Positions 19,545 through 30,515 of a stretch of 64,000 nt of DNA are shown here, piece after piece; position 1 is the first letter of the stretch; each line of letters opens with the position of its first letter. This DNA is from an uncultured Muribaculaceae bacterium (GTDB lineage: Bacteria > Bacillota_I > Bacilli_A > RF39 > UBA660). The position numbers and the translations under genes were made by a program. The DNA is taken from the NCBI GenBank assembly GCA_964545885.1, contig CAZJHG010000002.1:10421-74420 (forward strand). The letters are read 5' to 3'. The notes under the pieces are model-generated. The model was not told the DNA's origin. It did not search any database and saw nothing but the letters and a program-made list of their open reading frames with translations.

Positions 19545-21107
19545 TTACTCCTTTTCTATGATAGATATTGCTACTTTTATACCGTCTATTGCTGCAGATG
19601 TAATGCCTCCGGCATATCCTGCTCCTTCTCCACATGGATATATTCCTTCGATATTGGACATTAGTTTTTCATTACGTGGTAATGTTACAGGAGATGATGA
19701 TCTGGTTTCTACTCCGGTAAGAATTGCATCTGGATTAGCGAATCCTTTTATTTTAGTATCAAAATATAAAATACCTTCTTTTAAAGTTTGAGATACGAAG
19801 TTAGGTAGGATATCCTGAAGGTTACATAAGGTGTAACCTGGTTTATATGATGGAGTTATACTTCCGATATGAGTAGATTTTTGATTATTTAGAAAGTCTT
19901 CGAGACGTTGGACCGGAGCATTGTAGTTACTACCAGCTAGTTGGTAAGCTTTATGTTCAAGTTCTTCTTGGAATTTTATTCCTGCTAGTTGGTCTGTTCC
20001 TTCGAAGTCGGTTGTTTGGATATTAACTAGTAATGCACTATTAGCGTTTTCTTTATCTCTTTTAAATGTAGACATACCATTTGTAACAATTGATTCTGGT
20101 TCGCTAGATGATGCTATTACTTCTCCTCCAGGACACATACAGAATGTATAACAGCTACGTTGTTTTCCGTGATAAGCTAGTTTGTATTCAGCACTTGGTA
20201 AGTTTAATTTAGTGATGTTACCGTATTGGGAATTGTTTATCATAGATTGTTTGTGTTCGATACGGACTCCAACTGAGAAGTTTTTTCTTATCATATTGAG
20301 GTTGTTATTTTTTAGCATATATAGGGTGTCTCTAGAACTATGTCCTATTGCTAGTACTAGGGTGTCTGTTATGAATTCTTTATCTTCACATATTACTTTT
20401 ATTTCTTGGTTATTTTTTTCAAAATTAATAAATTTAGTATTGAAATAGTATTCTCCTCCGTTACTAGTTATATATTCTCTGATGTTTTTTAAGATGTTTA
20501 CTAGGTTGTCTGTTCCTATATGAGGATGGCTTAGGTAGGTAATTTCTTTTGGGGCACCAAATTTATAGAAGTAATCTAGGACTAGTTTGATATATGGAGA
20601 AGATATTCCTGTAGTTAGTTTGCCGTCACTGAAGGTTCCTGCTCCTCCTTCACCGAATTGAACGTTGCACTTTGTATTTATTTTAGCTTTGGTTTTGTAT
20701 TCTTCTACTATGCCTATTCTATCTTCGACGCATGCTCCTTGTTCTATTATAATTGGAGTGTATCCGTTATCAATTAGAGTTAAAGCACAAAATAGTCCGG
20801 CTGGACCAGCACCTATTATGATAGGATGATAGTTTGAATTACGATTATGTCTTATTATAGGCAGTTGTTTTTCTTCTATTTTTTTGATGTTTGGATATTT
20901 AGATTCTTTTGATACTTTGATGTTTACTGCATAGTTATAATGAACGTTTGATTTGTCTCTAGCATCAATAGATTTTTTTATTATAGAAAACTCTATTATA
21001 TCTTGTTTATCTATTTTATATTTTTTAGATATTTTATTTAGAAGTTCTGCTTCTGTTAAATCTTCATATATTTTTATATTGTCTATTCTTAACATAGTTA
21101 TCACCAC
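19545..21107 (-). CDS. FAD-dependent dehydrogenase (COG2509-type NAD(FAD)-utilising dehydrogenase).
   Basis: N-terminal GxGxxG (IIIGAGPAGLFCAL), ~520 aa, with the C-terminal domain typical of this family. Confidence 0.7.
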   Translation of the reverse strand: MVITMLRIDNIKIYEDLTEAELLNKISKKYKIDKQDIIEFSIIKKSIDARDKSNVHYNYAVNIKVSKESKYPNIKKIEEKQLPIIRHNRNSNYHPIIIGAGPAGLFCALTLIDNGYTPIIIEQGACVEDRIGIVEEYKTKAKINTKCNVQFGEGGAGTFSDGKLTTGISSPYIKLVLDYFYKFGAPKEITYLSHPHIGTDNLVNILKNIREYITSNGGEYYFNTKFINFEKNNQEIKVICEDKEFITDTLVLAIGHSSRDTLYMLKNNNLNMIRKNFSVGVRIEHKQSMINNSQYGNITKLNLPSAEYKLAYHGKQRSCYTFCMCPGGEVIASSSEPESIVTNGMSTFKRDKENANSALLVNIQTTDFEGTDQLAGIKFQEELEHKAYQLAGSNYNAPVQRLEDFLNNQKSTHIGSITPSYKPGYTLCNLQDILPNFVSQTLKEGILYFDTKIKGFANPDAILTGVETRSSSPVTLPRNEKLMSNIEGIYPCGEGAGYAGGITSAAIDGIKVAISIIEKE

Positions 21108-21245
21108 ATATATATTTTATCATATTATTTTTATTTCTTTATTAATTTAGTTGTGTTATAATGTATTTATGAATTGATACATAGAGATAGTATCTTTTCT
21201 GTGGTTTTTTTGATTTAAGTATTTCTACTTAAATCTTTTTTTATA

Positions 21246-21323
21246 CTACTTAAATAATAGTATAAATATTATAGCTATTAATAGAAATATTACTGTGAAG
21301 CAATGATTTACTAATTTAGTCAT
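21246..21323 (-). CDS. Unannotated small ORF encoding a 25-aa hydrophobic peptide (MTKLVNHCFTVIFLLIAIIFILLFK).
   Basis: AGGTGAT RBS 3 nt upstream of the ATG. Predicted single TM helix with a C-terminal Lys. Lies in a 500-nt intergenic region. Confidence 0.3.
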   Translation of the reverse strand: MTKLVNHCFTVIFLLIAIIFILLFK

Positions 21324-21589
21324 AATATCACCTACAATTCTATGTAAACCTCTCCCCCCGATTGTTAGTTACTAGAATTACAGAAAAGATACTTGGTCTT
21401 ATGTATCACATAGAAATTATCATATATGGTTTTATTTGTAAAATTATTTGTTTTGGATTTTTATGTGTCTTTTTGATACTAAAACTATTTTTTGTTAATT
21501 AATTTTTTGTTATCTGTATCAAAATACTGAGTTTCATTTAGTTAGAGTTTTAAAATATTTTTTTCAAATTATTGTTTTTAGTTCTTTTT

Positions 21590-21620
21590 TTAATCAAAAA
21601 AGAAGTTTTTACACTTCTTT
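21590..21620 (-). terminator. Rho-independent terminator of pyrH.
   Basis: AAGAAGT-6 nt-ACTTCTT hairpin overlapping the stop codon, then TTTTGATT. Confidence 0.5.
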
Positions 21621-22319
21621 ATTTTCAACTATTGTACCAATGTTTTGTCCTTCAACAACTTTGGTTAAGTTACCATGTTTATTTATATCAAATACTATTA
21701 TAGGAATATTGTTATCCATACATAGGGATGTTGCTGTTGTATCCATAACGTTTAGTTTTTTATTTAGAACGTCCATGTAGGTTATTTCACTTATTTTTTC
21801 AGCATCGTCGTATTTTTTAGGGTCTTTTGTGTATATACCATTTACGTTGGTTGCTTTTAGTAGAGCATCAGCTCCTATTTCTGCTGCTCTTAGAGCTGCT
21901 GCTGTATCTGTTGAGAAGAATGGTGAACCTGTTCCGCATCCAAATACAACTACTCTTTTATTACTTAGATGTTTTAGAGCTCTATCTTTGATAAAATATT
22001 CGGCTATTTGACGCATTTCTACTCCGGTTTGGACTCTAACATCTTGACCTAGTTGTTTAAATGCATCACCGATTGCTAAGGCATTCATTGTAGTACCTAA
22101 CATTCCGATATAATCTGATGTACATCTATCCATTTGTTGGTTGCTTCGTCCTCGCCAGAAGTTTCCTCCACCAACGACAATAGCTACTTCAACACCTTTT
22201 TTGGCAACTTCTGTTATTTCGCGGCATGTTTCAAGGACTTTTTCAAAGTCGATTCCTGTTCCTTTGGAACCGGCTAACGATTCTCCACTAAGTTTTAATA
22301 ATATTCTTTTGTATTTCAT
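21609..22319 (-). CDS. pyrH: UMP kinase.
   Basis: MKYKRILLKLSGE start, GGG/GTG loops, 236 aa, all typical of PyrH. Confidence 0.9.
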   Translation of the reverse strand: MKYKRILLKLSGESLAGSKGTGIDFEKVLETCREITEVAKKGVEVAIVVGGGNFWRGRSNQQMDRCTSDYIGMLGTTMNALAIGDAFKQLGQDVRVQTGVEMRQIAEYFIKDRALKHLSNKRVVVFGCGTGSPFFSTDTAAALRAAEIGADALLKATNVNGIYTKDPKKYDDAEKISEITYMDVLNKKLNVMDTTATSLCMDNNIPIIVFDINKHGNLTKVVEGQNIGTIVENKEV

Positions 22320-22454
22320 TTTTTCCTCCTAAAAAAAGACTTATTACCCTAATAAGTAATAAGTCTTAGTAAAAGAGATAATTATATTAGAAAGTTTTTT
22401 CTTCATAATTATCCCTCCTATTAGTATCATACTATAATATTTAGACGTTTTCAA

Positions 22455-23558
22455 TTATTTAGTTAATTTTTTATTTTGAACTGGTCTTAAAGACATTTCA
22501 CTACTAGTAGCTTTTTCAATAGATGCTTCGTCATAACCTAATGATCTTAGCATATCTTTTTCTTCTTCAGTAATAATTGATATTTGTTCTGGATAAGAAG
22601 ATACAAATTCATATTTATCTTCTAGTATATCTTTGTATGTATTAATAGCTGTTGTTAATTCTTCTTTTATATCAGAATTAGGAAATGATAACCATACTGA
22701 TTCTTTGGTATCTTTTTCTATACCATTATATGCAAAAGTATTTTCATAATCTGATGAATATCCTGCTATATTATATAATGCTGTATAATAGTGATAATCT
22801 AAAGTTTTACATTGATTTATAATATCTGATATAGAATCTCCTGTTATTTTTATTATTTGTGTTTTTCCTTCAATTTCTAATAATACATAAAAATCATTAT
22901 TGTTTATTATACCTTTAGAACTATAAGTCATTTTATAGCCTTCACTTTGTTTTATATCAAATACTACATTAGAAATTTTTGCTTTTAAAAAGTTTGACAT
23001 AGCACCACAAGAAAATGTAATGTATGCATCTATTGCTGGCTTGTTAGTTAAGTTTTCTTCACAGAATTCAACATCATTAAATTCATAATCCTCAGTTGCG
23101 GCTTTATAATCTTTATACATTTTTGCAATATCTAAGTTAAGTACTTCGTTTTTAGTTGTATTAGTGTAAATTACTGGATCAAAGAAATAATTGTTTAAAA
23201 CGTTAGATAATTCGATAGCTTTACTTATATCACTTATGTTAAGTGTATTTATGCCGGTTTTATCAAAACCATAGAATTTCTTATAAATATCAAGATAATC
23301 TTTTATTTTTACTCTTGTTTGGTCTTCTTGGACTTGTTCTTCTCCTAATATATTTTCGGCTGGGACTGATGCATATACAACGGAAGTAGTAGCACCTAAT
23401 AACATACCAATTATACCAGTTGTAATTATAGCTTTTTTGGCACCGCTTTTAATGTTATCTGTAGTTAAAAGACTTTTAAAAATATTTGTTTTCATAATAC
23501 GTCTCCTTTTTATAAGGTTGATTCTAGCACTTGTGATATTGGTTGTCAATTTTAACAT
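22455..23558 (-). CDS. Secreted or membrane-anchored hypothetical protein, 367 aa. The start is probably the internal Met at 23495.
   Basis: Signal peptide/TM segment AIITTGIIGMLLGATTSVVYA; no known domain. Confidence 0.45.
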   Translation of the reverse strand: MLKLTTNITSARINLIKRRRIMKTNIFKSLLTTDNIKSGAKKAIITTGIIGMLLGATTSVVYASVPAENILGEEQVQEDQTRVKIKDYLDIYKKFYGFDKTGINTLNISDISKAIELSNVLNNYFFDPVIYTNTTKNEVLNLDIAKMYKDYKAATEDYEFNDVEFCEENLTNKPAIDAYITFSCGAMSNFLKAKISNVVFDIKQSEGYKMTYSSKGIINNNDFYVLLEIEGKTQIIKITGDSISDIINQCKTLDYHYYTALYNIAGYSSDYENTFAYNGIEKDTKESVWLSFPNSDIKEELTTAINTYKDILEDKYEFVSSYPEQISIITEEEKDMLRSLGYDEASIEKATSSEMSLRPVQNKKLTK

Positions 23559-23587
23559 AATAAAAGATAGTATTTTATTTCTACTAT

Positions 23588-25486
23588 CTATATTAATTCT
23601 TTTAAATTATGGATAATTTCTTCTTGTCTTAATGAATCAGCGCTTTCTAGCTCTTTATATAGTTCTACTACTTTTTGATAATTTTTATTATTGATTGGAT
23701 TTTGTTCCATTATTTCTACTATTGTATGAGCTTTTCTTATTATAAAAGTTCTTTCATCTAAAGGATTTTTATTATCAGTTACTTCTAATATCTGTTCTTC
23801 TTTTTCATTACTTTTTCTTGGCTCTTTAGGATTTTTGATATTAGATATAATACTTAGAAATTCACCTATAGTAAATTCACATTCAAAAGAATCATTAATA
23901 TTTGATTTTTTGAATTTAAGGAGAACATCTTTAATAGTTAAATCATTTATAATTATTTCAAAATTTAAATTTGTTAATGAAGTTTCTAAACTATTATAGA
24001 TAAGATAGTTTATATATGAATTAAATGATTTTTCTCCTTTATCAAGAGATTTTTTTATATTTTGGCTTGTTTCTGAAGTTAATTTATTTAGTTTACCATA
24101 TTTTTTATTATTTAACTTATTTACTACTCTTATATCATATTGACCATTATTATAATCAAGATTTAATATAAATGTTCCTTTATCAAATAATAAGGCTTTT
24201 TTATTAATATTTTTATAGTTATATATTAATATATGTAGTAATGATAATATTGAAGTACTTAGAGTGTTTTTAGTTTTTTTATGTTGACCTTTTATAATAA
24301 TATTATCTATTGTTTTTAAAATTTCTAAGTATTGTTTGTTTTCTTCTGAACGATTTAGATGGTAAGTATGGAATAATTCTAGTACTTTGTCTAAAGATAT
24401 TATACAAATGAAATCTATTATATTATTAGTCTTATTATATAAAAGGACTTGATTACGTGGTAATGGTCTGTATGAAGATGATATAAGGCTTTTAATTATT
24501 AATTCTTTTAATTTTGTTTCTTCTATACTACGATTTCTTTTAGTAGAATCTATATATTCTTCTGATATTAAAATAACCTTAATAAAATTAGTTATTTCTT
24601 TTAACTTTGGTTTAGATGTTAAAATATACTCAATTCTTTCTTGAATAATATTTAATTCTTCTTCTATTTCATAATCTTCATCCTCTAATGAAGCAAGAAA
24701 ACTATTTAAAATAAAATCTAAATCATTATGTTGAATTGATGTTTTATTCGTATCAGTTTTTACTTCTTTTGTATCTAATACATTTTTAGGTTTAATGGTT
24801 GTACCTTTTATTTTATTTATAATAGTTGCATATACTACTAATAAAGATAAGGTAATCTGTTGACGATTATGTAAAACAACATTAAAATTTCTATGAACAT
24901 TTCTTAGGATTTCTTGAGTATATTCTAAATCTTCTTTAGTAGTTAACTGCGTTGTAATTTCATCAATTAAATAGCCAGCTAAATTTTGATAATAGTTTGA
25001 CATACTAGGAATATCAATATATGCTACTTTTCTTTTAGCTTTTTCTAACGATTCCACTTTATCTAATAGACCTTGTTTTAAATCAGGTATCATTTTGGCT
25101 AATTCATTATTTTTAGATAAAATATCTAGAAATGATTCGTAATTAAGAGTATTAAAATCAATTATTTCTTCCTTTATTGTTTCTGCATGATTAGCATCGT
25201 TTTTTGTTTTTAATATAACATATTTATATCGATCTATTTTTTTAAAATACATTGAATATGAATGGAATACCTTTTCATCATCTTTATTTAAAAGATATGT
25301 GTGAACATAATACAATTTAGGTTCTTTTTCTTTTTTTAATTCAAATAAGACACATAGTTCATGTTTTCTTGATTTAATACGTTGTCCTAACATTGAATAT
25401 TGAGGATAAAAGTAAATATTATTTACTAAGTCTCCCTTTTGAATTAATGTACAGTCATTGATATTTGATACTTTTATACTGCTCAT
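23588..25486 (-). CDS. Hypothetical protein, 632 aa, K/N/I-rich, no recognisable domain.
   Basis: Long uninterrupted ORF. Confidence 0.45.
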   Translation of the reverse strand: MSSIKVSNINDCTLIQKGDLVNNIYFYPQYSMLGQRIKSRKHELCVLFELKKEKEPKLYYVHTYLLNKDDEKVFHSYSMYFKKIDRYKYVILKTKNDANHAETIKEEIIDFNTLNYESFLDILSKNNELAKMIPDLKQGLLDKVESLEKAKRKVAYIDIPSMSNYYQNLAGYLIDEITTQLTTKEDLEYTQEILRNVHRNFNVVLHNRQQITLSLLVVYATIINKIKGTTIKPKNVLDTKEVKTDTNKTSIQHNDLDFILNSFLASLEDEDYEIEEELNIIQERIEYILTSKPKLKEITNFIKVILISEEYIDSTKRNRSIEETKLKELIIKSLISSSYRPLPRNQVLLYNKTNNIIDFICIISLDKVLELFHTYHLNRSEENKQYLEILKTIDNIIIKGQHKKTKNTLSTSILSLLHILIYNYKNINKKALLFDKGTFILNLDYNNGQYDIRVVNKLNNKKYGKLNKLTSETSQNIKKSLDKGEKSFNSYINYLIYNSLETSLTNLNFEIIINDLTIKDVLLKFKKSNINDSFECEFTIGEFLSIISNIKNPKEPRKSNEKEEQILEVTDNKNPLDERTFIIRKAHTIVEIMEQNPINNKNYQKVVELYKELESADSLRQEEIIHNLKELI

Positions 25487-25524
25487 AGAATATCCCCTTC
25501 CGATTATAGTTATTATATCATAAT

Positions 25525-25558
25525 TTATTTAAGAAAAAAACGGGATTTAAATCCCGTT
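25525..25558 (-). terminator. Rho-independent terminator after the activase gene.
   Basis: Palindrome AACGGGATTT/AAATCCCGTT directly after the stop, followed by a T-run on the minus strand. Confidence 0.55.
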
Positions 25559-25559
25559 A

Positions 25560-28500
25560 TTATTTTTTTAAGTTTTCTTTAGCTACTGTTAACATTAATT
25601 TAATTCTATTAACTTGATTAGTATGAGATGCACCCGGATCATAGTCAATAGCAATTATATTGGCATCTTTATAAATACTTCTTATTTTTTTGATTACAGA
25701 TTTACCTACAATATGATTAGGTAGACATGCAAATGGTTGAACACATACGACGTTATTTATTCCATCTTTTATAAGTTCGACCATCTCAGCAGTTAAGAAC
25801 CAGCCTTCACCAGTTTGATTTCCAGTAGATAAGATTCCATTAACATTTTCTGCTAATTCATAAATATTACATGTATTACGATATCTTGTATCCTTTAATA
25901 GTTCTCTTACTGTTTTTTCATAATAATCAATAATATGAAGAACAATATTGCTTCCTATACTTAGAGCTTTACCTTTTTTTAGAAGTTTTTCTTTTACTAT
26001 TCCATTATAAGCACAATATTTAACAAAGCCCATAAGTTCTGGAACAAAGACTTCAGCGCCTTCGGCTTCTAGTTTGCCAACTAGATTATCATTACCAAAA
26101 GTATGATATTTTATTAAGATTTCACCTACTATTCCTACTTTAGGAAGAGTTTTCTTTTTTATTTTTACTTTATTAAAATCATTAATTATCTTTTTAGTAT
26201 TTTCTTTAAATTCTTTCATGTTACCTTTAGCAACTAGTTTGTAACATTTCTTTTGCCACTTAGCATATAGCTTATCTGTTTCATCTTTTGTTACTTCGTA
26301 TGGTCTAGTAGCTAGGGATAATTTCATTAGTAAGTCTCCATAAATGACTGCTTGAAGGGCTTTGTTTATGAAACTTGGTGTTAGTTTAAAAGCTTGTTCT
26401 TTTTCAAGACCTGATGCGTTTAGGGATATTATTGGTATTTGTTCTAAGCCGGCATCTTTTAAAGCTTTTCTTATTAGTCCAATGTAGTTTGTAGCTCGAC
26501 AGCCACCACCTGTTTGAGTAATAATAACACTTGTATTATTTAAATCATATTCACCACTTAATAAAGCACTTACTAGTTGTCCTATTACTATTATAGCTGG
26601 ATAACAAGCATCGTTATTTACGTATTTTAAACCTGTTTCTACAGTATTATCATTAGTTTCTTTTAAGTATACAGCGTTATATCCTTCACTCTTTAGAACA
26701 CTTTCAAATAAAGGCATATGGCTTGGTGACATATCTGGGAATAATATTGTATGTTGTTTATTTGACTCTTTAAAATAATTCTTTTGATAATTGTATGTTT
26801 TATAATTTATTTCTTCGTTTCTTTTATTCATTGAAGCTATTAAAGAACGAATTCTTATTTTGGCAGCTCCTAAATTATTAATTTCATCTATTTTAATGGT
26901 TGTATATAACTTGTTATTTCTTTTTAGAATTTCTTCTGTTTGATCTGTTACAATTGCATCTAGACCACAACCAAACGAGTTTAGATTAACTAGTTCAAGA
27001 TTTTTATAACGTGATACAACGTCTGCAGCATTATAGACACGACTATGATATGACCATTGATCAACTACTCTAAGTTTTGATTCTATTTGACTTAAATGAC
27101 ATATTGAATCTTCAGTAAGAACTGCTAGTCCTAAAGAATTAATCATTGTATCTATTCCGTGATTTACTTCTTTATCTAAATGATAAGGTCTTCCGGCTAA
27201 GACAATTGCCTTTTCATTATGTTCTTCAATGTATGATAGGAATTCTTCTCCTTTTTTACGGACTTCTTCTTTAAAGGAACGTTGTTCTTCAAAAGCTGCT
27301 GTTATAGCTTCAGAAAGCTCTTTTTTAGTAAAGTTATACTCTTTAAATTCATCTAATTCTAATATTCTTTTTAATAAAGCTTTTTCTTCTAAAGGTAAGA
27401 AATGATTTATATATTTGATTTTTCTTTCTTCTAATGTTTCAACGTTTAATTTAATTGCTTCTGAGTAGCTTTGAACTATTGGACAGTTAAAGTGATTGTC
27501 AGCATTTTTGAATTCCAAATTTTCATACATTATACATGGATAGAATATTGTATTTACGCCTTTTTTTAGTAAGTTCATTATATGACCATGGACTAGTTTT
27601 GCTGGATAACAAGCTGATTCTGATGGCATTGATTCAATACCTGTTTCGTACATTGCACGATTTGAGTGATCTGATATTACAACTTTGAATCCTAACTTGG
27701 TGAAGAATGTAAACCATAATGGATAGTTTTCGTACATATTAAGAACTCTTGGAATACCGATTTCACCACGTGGAGCGTTTTCAAGTGGTTCATAGTCGAA
27801 TAGTCGGTCATATTTCCATGAGTACATATTTGGTAAATGACTTTGAGAACCATTGTTACCGCTACCTCTTTCACATCGATTTCCTGATATGAAACTTTTT
27901 TTGTTGAATAAGTTTATTGTTAAAGCACAATGATTTTCGCAACCTTGACATCTTGAATGAGTAGTTTTTATTTTTAGATTTTCAATTTCTTCTTTAGTAA
28001 GAATGCCACTTTTTATATCTTGGTCTTCGTATTGTTTGAAGTTATTTAAAGCGATAAGAGCTACTCCATATGCTCCCATTAAACCAGCTATGTCTGGACG
28101 TATTACTTCTTTTTTAGTTATTATTTCAAATGCTCTTAGAATAGCATCATTTAAGAATGTTCCACCTTGTACTACTATTTTGTTTCCTAGTGACTCAAGG
28201 TCTCTTATTTTCATTACTTTTTGAATGGCGTTTCTTATTACTGAGTATGAAAGACCGGCGAAGATGTCGCAAGATGGTCTTCCTTCTTTTTGAGTTTGTT
28301 TTATTTTGGAGTTCATAAATACGGTACAACGAGACCCTAAGTCGATTGGTGCTTGAGATGTAACTGCTTCTTTAACAAAGTCTTCTATTGTAATGTTCAT
28401 TGATTTGGCTAGTGTTTCAATGAATGAACCACATCCTGAGGAACAAGCTTCATTTAACATGATACTATCTACTGCACCATCTTTTATCTTGATATATTTC

Positions 28501-29789
28501 ATATCTTGGCCACCGATATCGATAATACTTTCTACTCCTGGTAGGAAGTAGTTTGCCGCTTCGTAGTGGGCCATTGTTTCTATTTCACTTATATCAAGAT
28601 TGAATGCTGTTTTTATTAGTAATTCTCCATAACCAGTTGAACCGGCACTTCTTATTACAGTATTTTTAGGTAGTACTTTATATAAATCTAATAACATCGA
28701 TTTTATTGTATCTACCGGAGTTCCTTTATTGCTACGATAGTTTTCATATAGAAGATTGCCTTCATAATCGATTGCTACTACTTTGGCGGTTGTAGAACCA
28801 GCGTCTATTCCAATGAAAACATCTCCTTGGTATTTAGTAATGTCTTTTCTAGTTACTTTATCTTTATTATGACGAGTTAAGAATCTTTTGTAAGCTGTTT
28901 CATTTTTAAATAATGGTTCTAAATTTGATGAATCTGATTCTTTGAAGTAACTTAGTCTCTTTAGTAAAACTTGAATTTCTTCGTTAGTAAATGTTTTATC
29001 ATTCTCATTACCTAGTATTGCTCCGATACAAACAAATAAACGTGCGTCGTCTGGAGTGATTATTTCATTTTCTTTTAGGTCTAGTGTTTTTATAAATCTG
29101 TCTTTTAACATAGATAGATAGTTTAATGGACCACCTAAGAATATAACATTACCTTTAATAGGTTTTCCGCATGCTAAACCACTTATTGTTTGGTTTACAA
29201 CAGCTTGCATTATAGATAAAGCTATGTCTTCTTTCTTAGCTCCCTCGTTTAATAATGGTTGAACGTCTGTTTTAGCAAATACTCCACAACGTGATGCTAT
29301 TGGATAAATAGTTTTTCCTTTTGTAGCAAGTTCGTTTAAGCCTTCGGTTGTTGTATTAAGTAGTACGGCCATTTGATCTAAGAATGCTCCTGTACCTCCT
29401 GCACAAGTTCCGTTCATTCTTTGTTCAATTGTTTGATCAAAGTAGATTATTTTAGCATCTTCGCCACCTAGTTCAATGGCAACATCTACTGATGGAGCAT
29501 ATTCTTTAATAGAATTTTTACAAGCTATAACTTCTTGAATAAAAGCTATATCTAAGTATTTAGCTAAAGCTAAGGCTCCACTACCTGTTGCTACTATGGT
29601 GAATTTTTTATTAGGAAATTTTTCTAATACTTCATTAAATAAGTCTTTTATAGTTTTTTTTGTATCAGAAAAATGTCTTCTGTATTCACTATATAATATT
29701 TCTTTTTTATTATTCATTACAACCATTTTTACAGTTGTTGAACCTACATCTATACCTATGTTTAATACTTTACTTCTCATAATAAACAC
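25560..29789 (-). CDS. Fusion protein of ~1400 aa with two BadF/BcrA/HgdC-type ATPase (acyl-CoA dehydratase activase) modules and two HgdB/DUF2229-like modules.
   Basis: Two acetate/sugar-kinase-fold openings (NIGIDVGSTTVK, FIGIDAGSTTAK) and Cys-rich segments; size typical of clostridial CoA-substrate-specific enzyme activase fusions. Confidence 0.75.
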   Translation of the reverse strand: MFIMRSKVLNIGIDVGSTTVKMVVMNNKKEILYSEYRRHFSDTKKTIKDLFNEVLEKFPNKKFTIVATGSGALALAKYLDIAFIQEVIACKNSIKEYAPSVDVAIELGGEDAKIIYFDQTIEQRMNGTCAGGTGAFLDQMAVLLNTTTEGLNELATKGKTIYPIASRCGVFAKTDVQPLLNEGAKKEDIALSIMQAVVNQTISGLACGKPIKGNVIFLGGPLNYLSMLKDRFIKTLDLKENEIITPDDARLFVCIGAILGNENDKTFTNEEIQVLLKRLSYFKESDSSNLEPLFKNETAYKRFLTRHNKDKVTRKDITKYQGDVFIGIDAGSTTAKVVAIDYEGNLLYENYRSNKGTPVDTIKSMLLDLYKVLPKNTVIRSAGSTGYGELLIKTAFNLDISEIETMAHYEAANYFLPGVESIIDIGGQDMKYIKIKDGAVDSIMLNEACSSGCGSFIETLAKSMNITIEDFVKEAVTSQAPIDLGSRCTVFMNSKIKQTQKEGRPSCDIFAGLSYSVIRNAIQKVMKIRDLESLGNKIVVQGGTFLNDAILRAFEIITKKEVIRPDIAGLMGAYGVALIALNNFKQYEDQDIKSGILTKEEIENLKIKTTHSRCQGCENHCALTINLFNKKSFISGNRCERGSGNNGSQSHLPNMYSWKYDRLFDYEPLENAPRGEIGIPRVLNMYENYPLWFTFFTKLGFKVVISDHSNRAMYETGIESMPSESACYPAKLVHGHIMNLLKKGVNTIFYPCIMYENLEFKNADNHFNCPIVQSYSEAIKLNVETLEERKIKYINHFLPLEEKALLKRILELDEFKEYNFTKKELSEAITAAFEEQRSFKEEVRKKGEEFLSYIEEHNEKAIVLAGRPYHLDKEVNHGIDTMINSLGLAVLTEDSICHLSQIESKLRVVDQWSYHSRVYNAADVVSRYKNLELVNLNSFGCGLDAIVTDQTEEILKRNNKLYTTIKIDEINNLGAAKIRIRSLIASMNKRNEEINYKTYNYQKNYFKESNKQHTILFPDMSPSHMPLFESVLKSEGYNAVYLKETNDNTVETGLKYVNNDACYPAIIVIGQLVSALLSGEYDLNNTSVIITQTGGGCRATNYIGLIRKALKDAGLEQIPIISLNASGLEKEQAFKLTPSFINKALQAVIYGDLLMKLSLATRPYEVTKDETDKLYAKWQKKCYKLVAKGNMKEFKENTKKIINDFNKVKIKKKTLPKVGIVGEILIKYHTFGNDNLVGKLEAEGAEVFVPELMGFVKYCAYNGIVKEKLLKKGKALSIGSNIVLHIIDYYEKTVRELLKDTRYRNTCNIYELAENVNGILSTGNQTGEGWFLTAEMVELIKDGINNVVCVQPFACLPNHIVGKSVIKKIRSIYKDANIIAIDYDPGASHTNQVNRIKLMLTVAKENLKK

Positions 29790-29879
29790 CTCGATTTTTA
29801 GTTTATCATTTTAAAAAAATATTCTCAAGGAATTGGTTTTATTCTTAATAATTCTTAATATAATAATAGAAGACTATGG

Positions 29880-30461
29880 CTAGTCTTCTAAGTCTTTTAA
29901 AGTAATATTCCAACTTTTTAATACTGAATAAATTTTTTCGACTGGTACTCCTAAAATATTATAGTAACTTCCTTCTATTTTGTTTATGAAGTTGGAACAA
30001 ATTGTTTCAACAATAAATCCTGAGGCATATAAAGCGTCTTGTTCATTTTCTATGTAATAATCTATTTCTTCTTCAGTTATTTCATTAAAAGATATTAATG
30101 TTTCTTGATAATCGGTTATTACTTCGTTTGTTTTCTTATTTATAAGAGTGTAACCTGTTATTACTTTAGTTATATTATTTGAAGCGTTTCTTAAATTTTC
30201 TTTTACTTCGACAATAGATGATGGCTTTTCAATTATTTTATTATTTATTAAAACTATTGTATCTAGACCGATTATTATTTGGTTTTCTTTTTTATTATCG
30301 TTTATGCTTTGAGCTTTTGTTAGCGATTGTTTTTTGACATAATCATAAGGGTTTCCTTCGTGAATATGAGTTTCTGTACCTTTTTTTGATGTGTGTTTTA
30401 ATCCGACTTTATTTAGAATTTCTTTTTTGAATTTTGATTCACTTGCTAGAATAAGTTTCAT
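29880..30461 (-). CDS. maf: Maf-like nucleoside triphosphate pyrophosphatase.
   Basis: Family-typical N-terminus MKLILASESKFKKEILNKVGL, 193 aa. Confidence 0.8.
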   Translation of the reverse strand: MKLILASESKFKKEILNKVGLKHTSKKGTETHIHEGNPYDYVKKQSLTKAQSINDNKKENQIIIGLDTIVLINNKIIEKPSSIVEVKENLRNASNNITKVITGYTLINKKTNEVITDYQETLISFNEITEEEIDYYIENEQDALYASGFIVETICSNFINKIEGSYYNILGVPVEKIYSVLKSWNITLKDLED

Positions 30462-30515
30462 ATAGTTCCTCCTTTTTATTATTATAATATAAGAAAAAAA
30501 GACTTGAAAGTCTTT

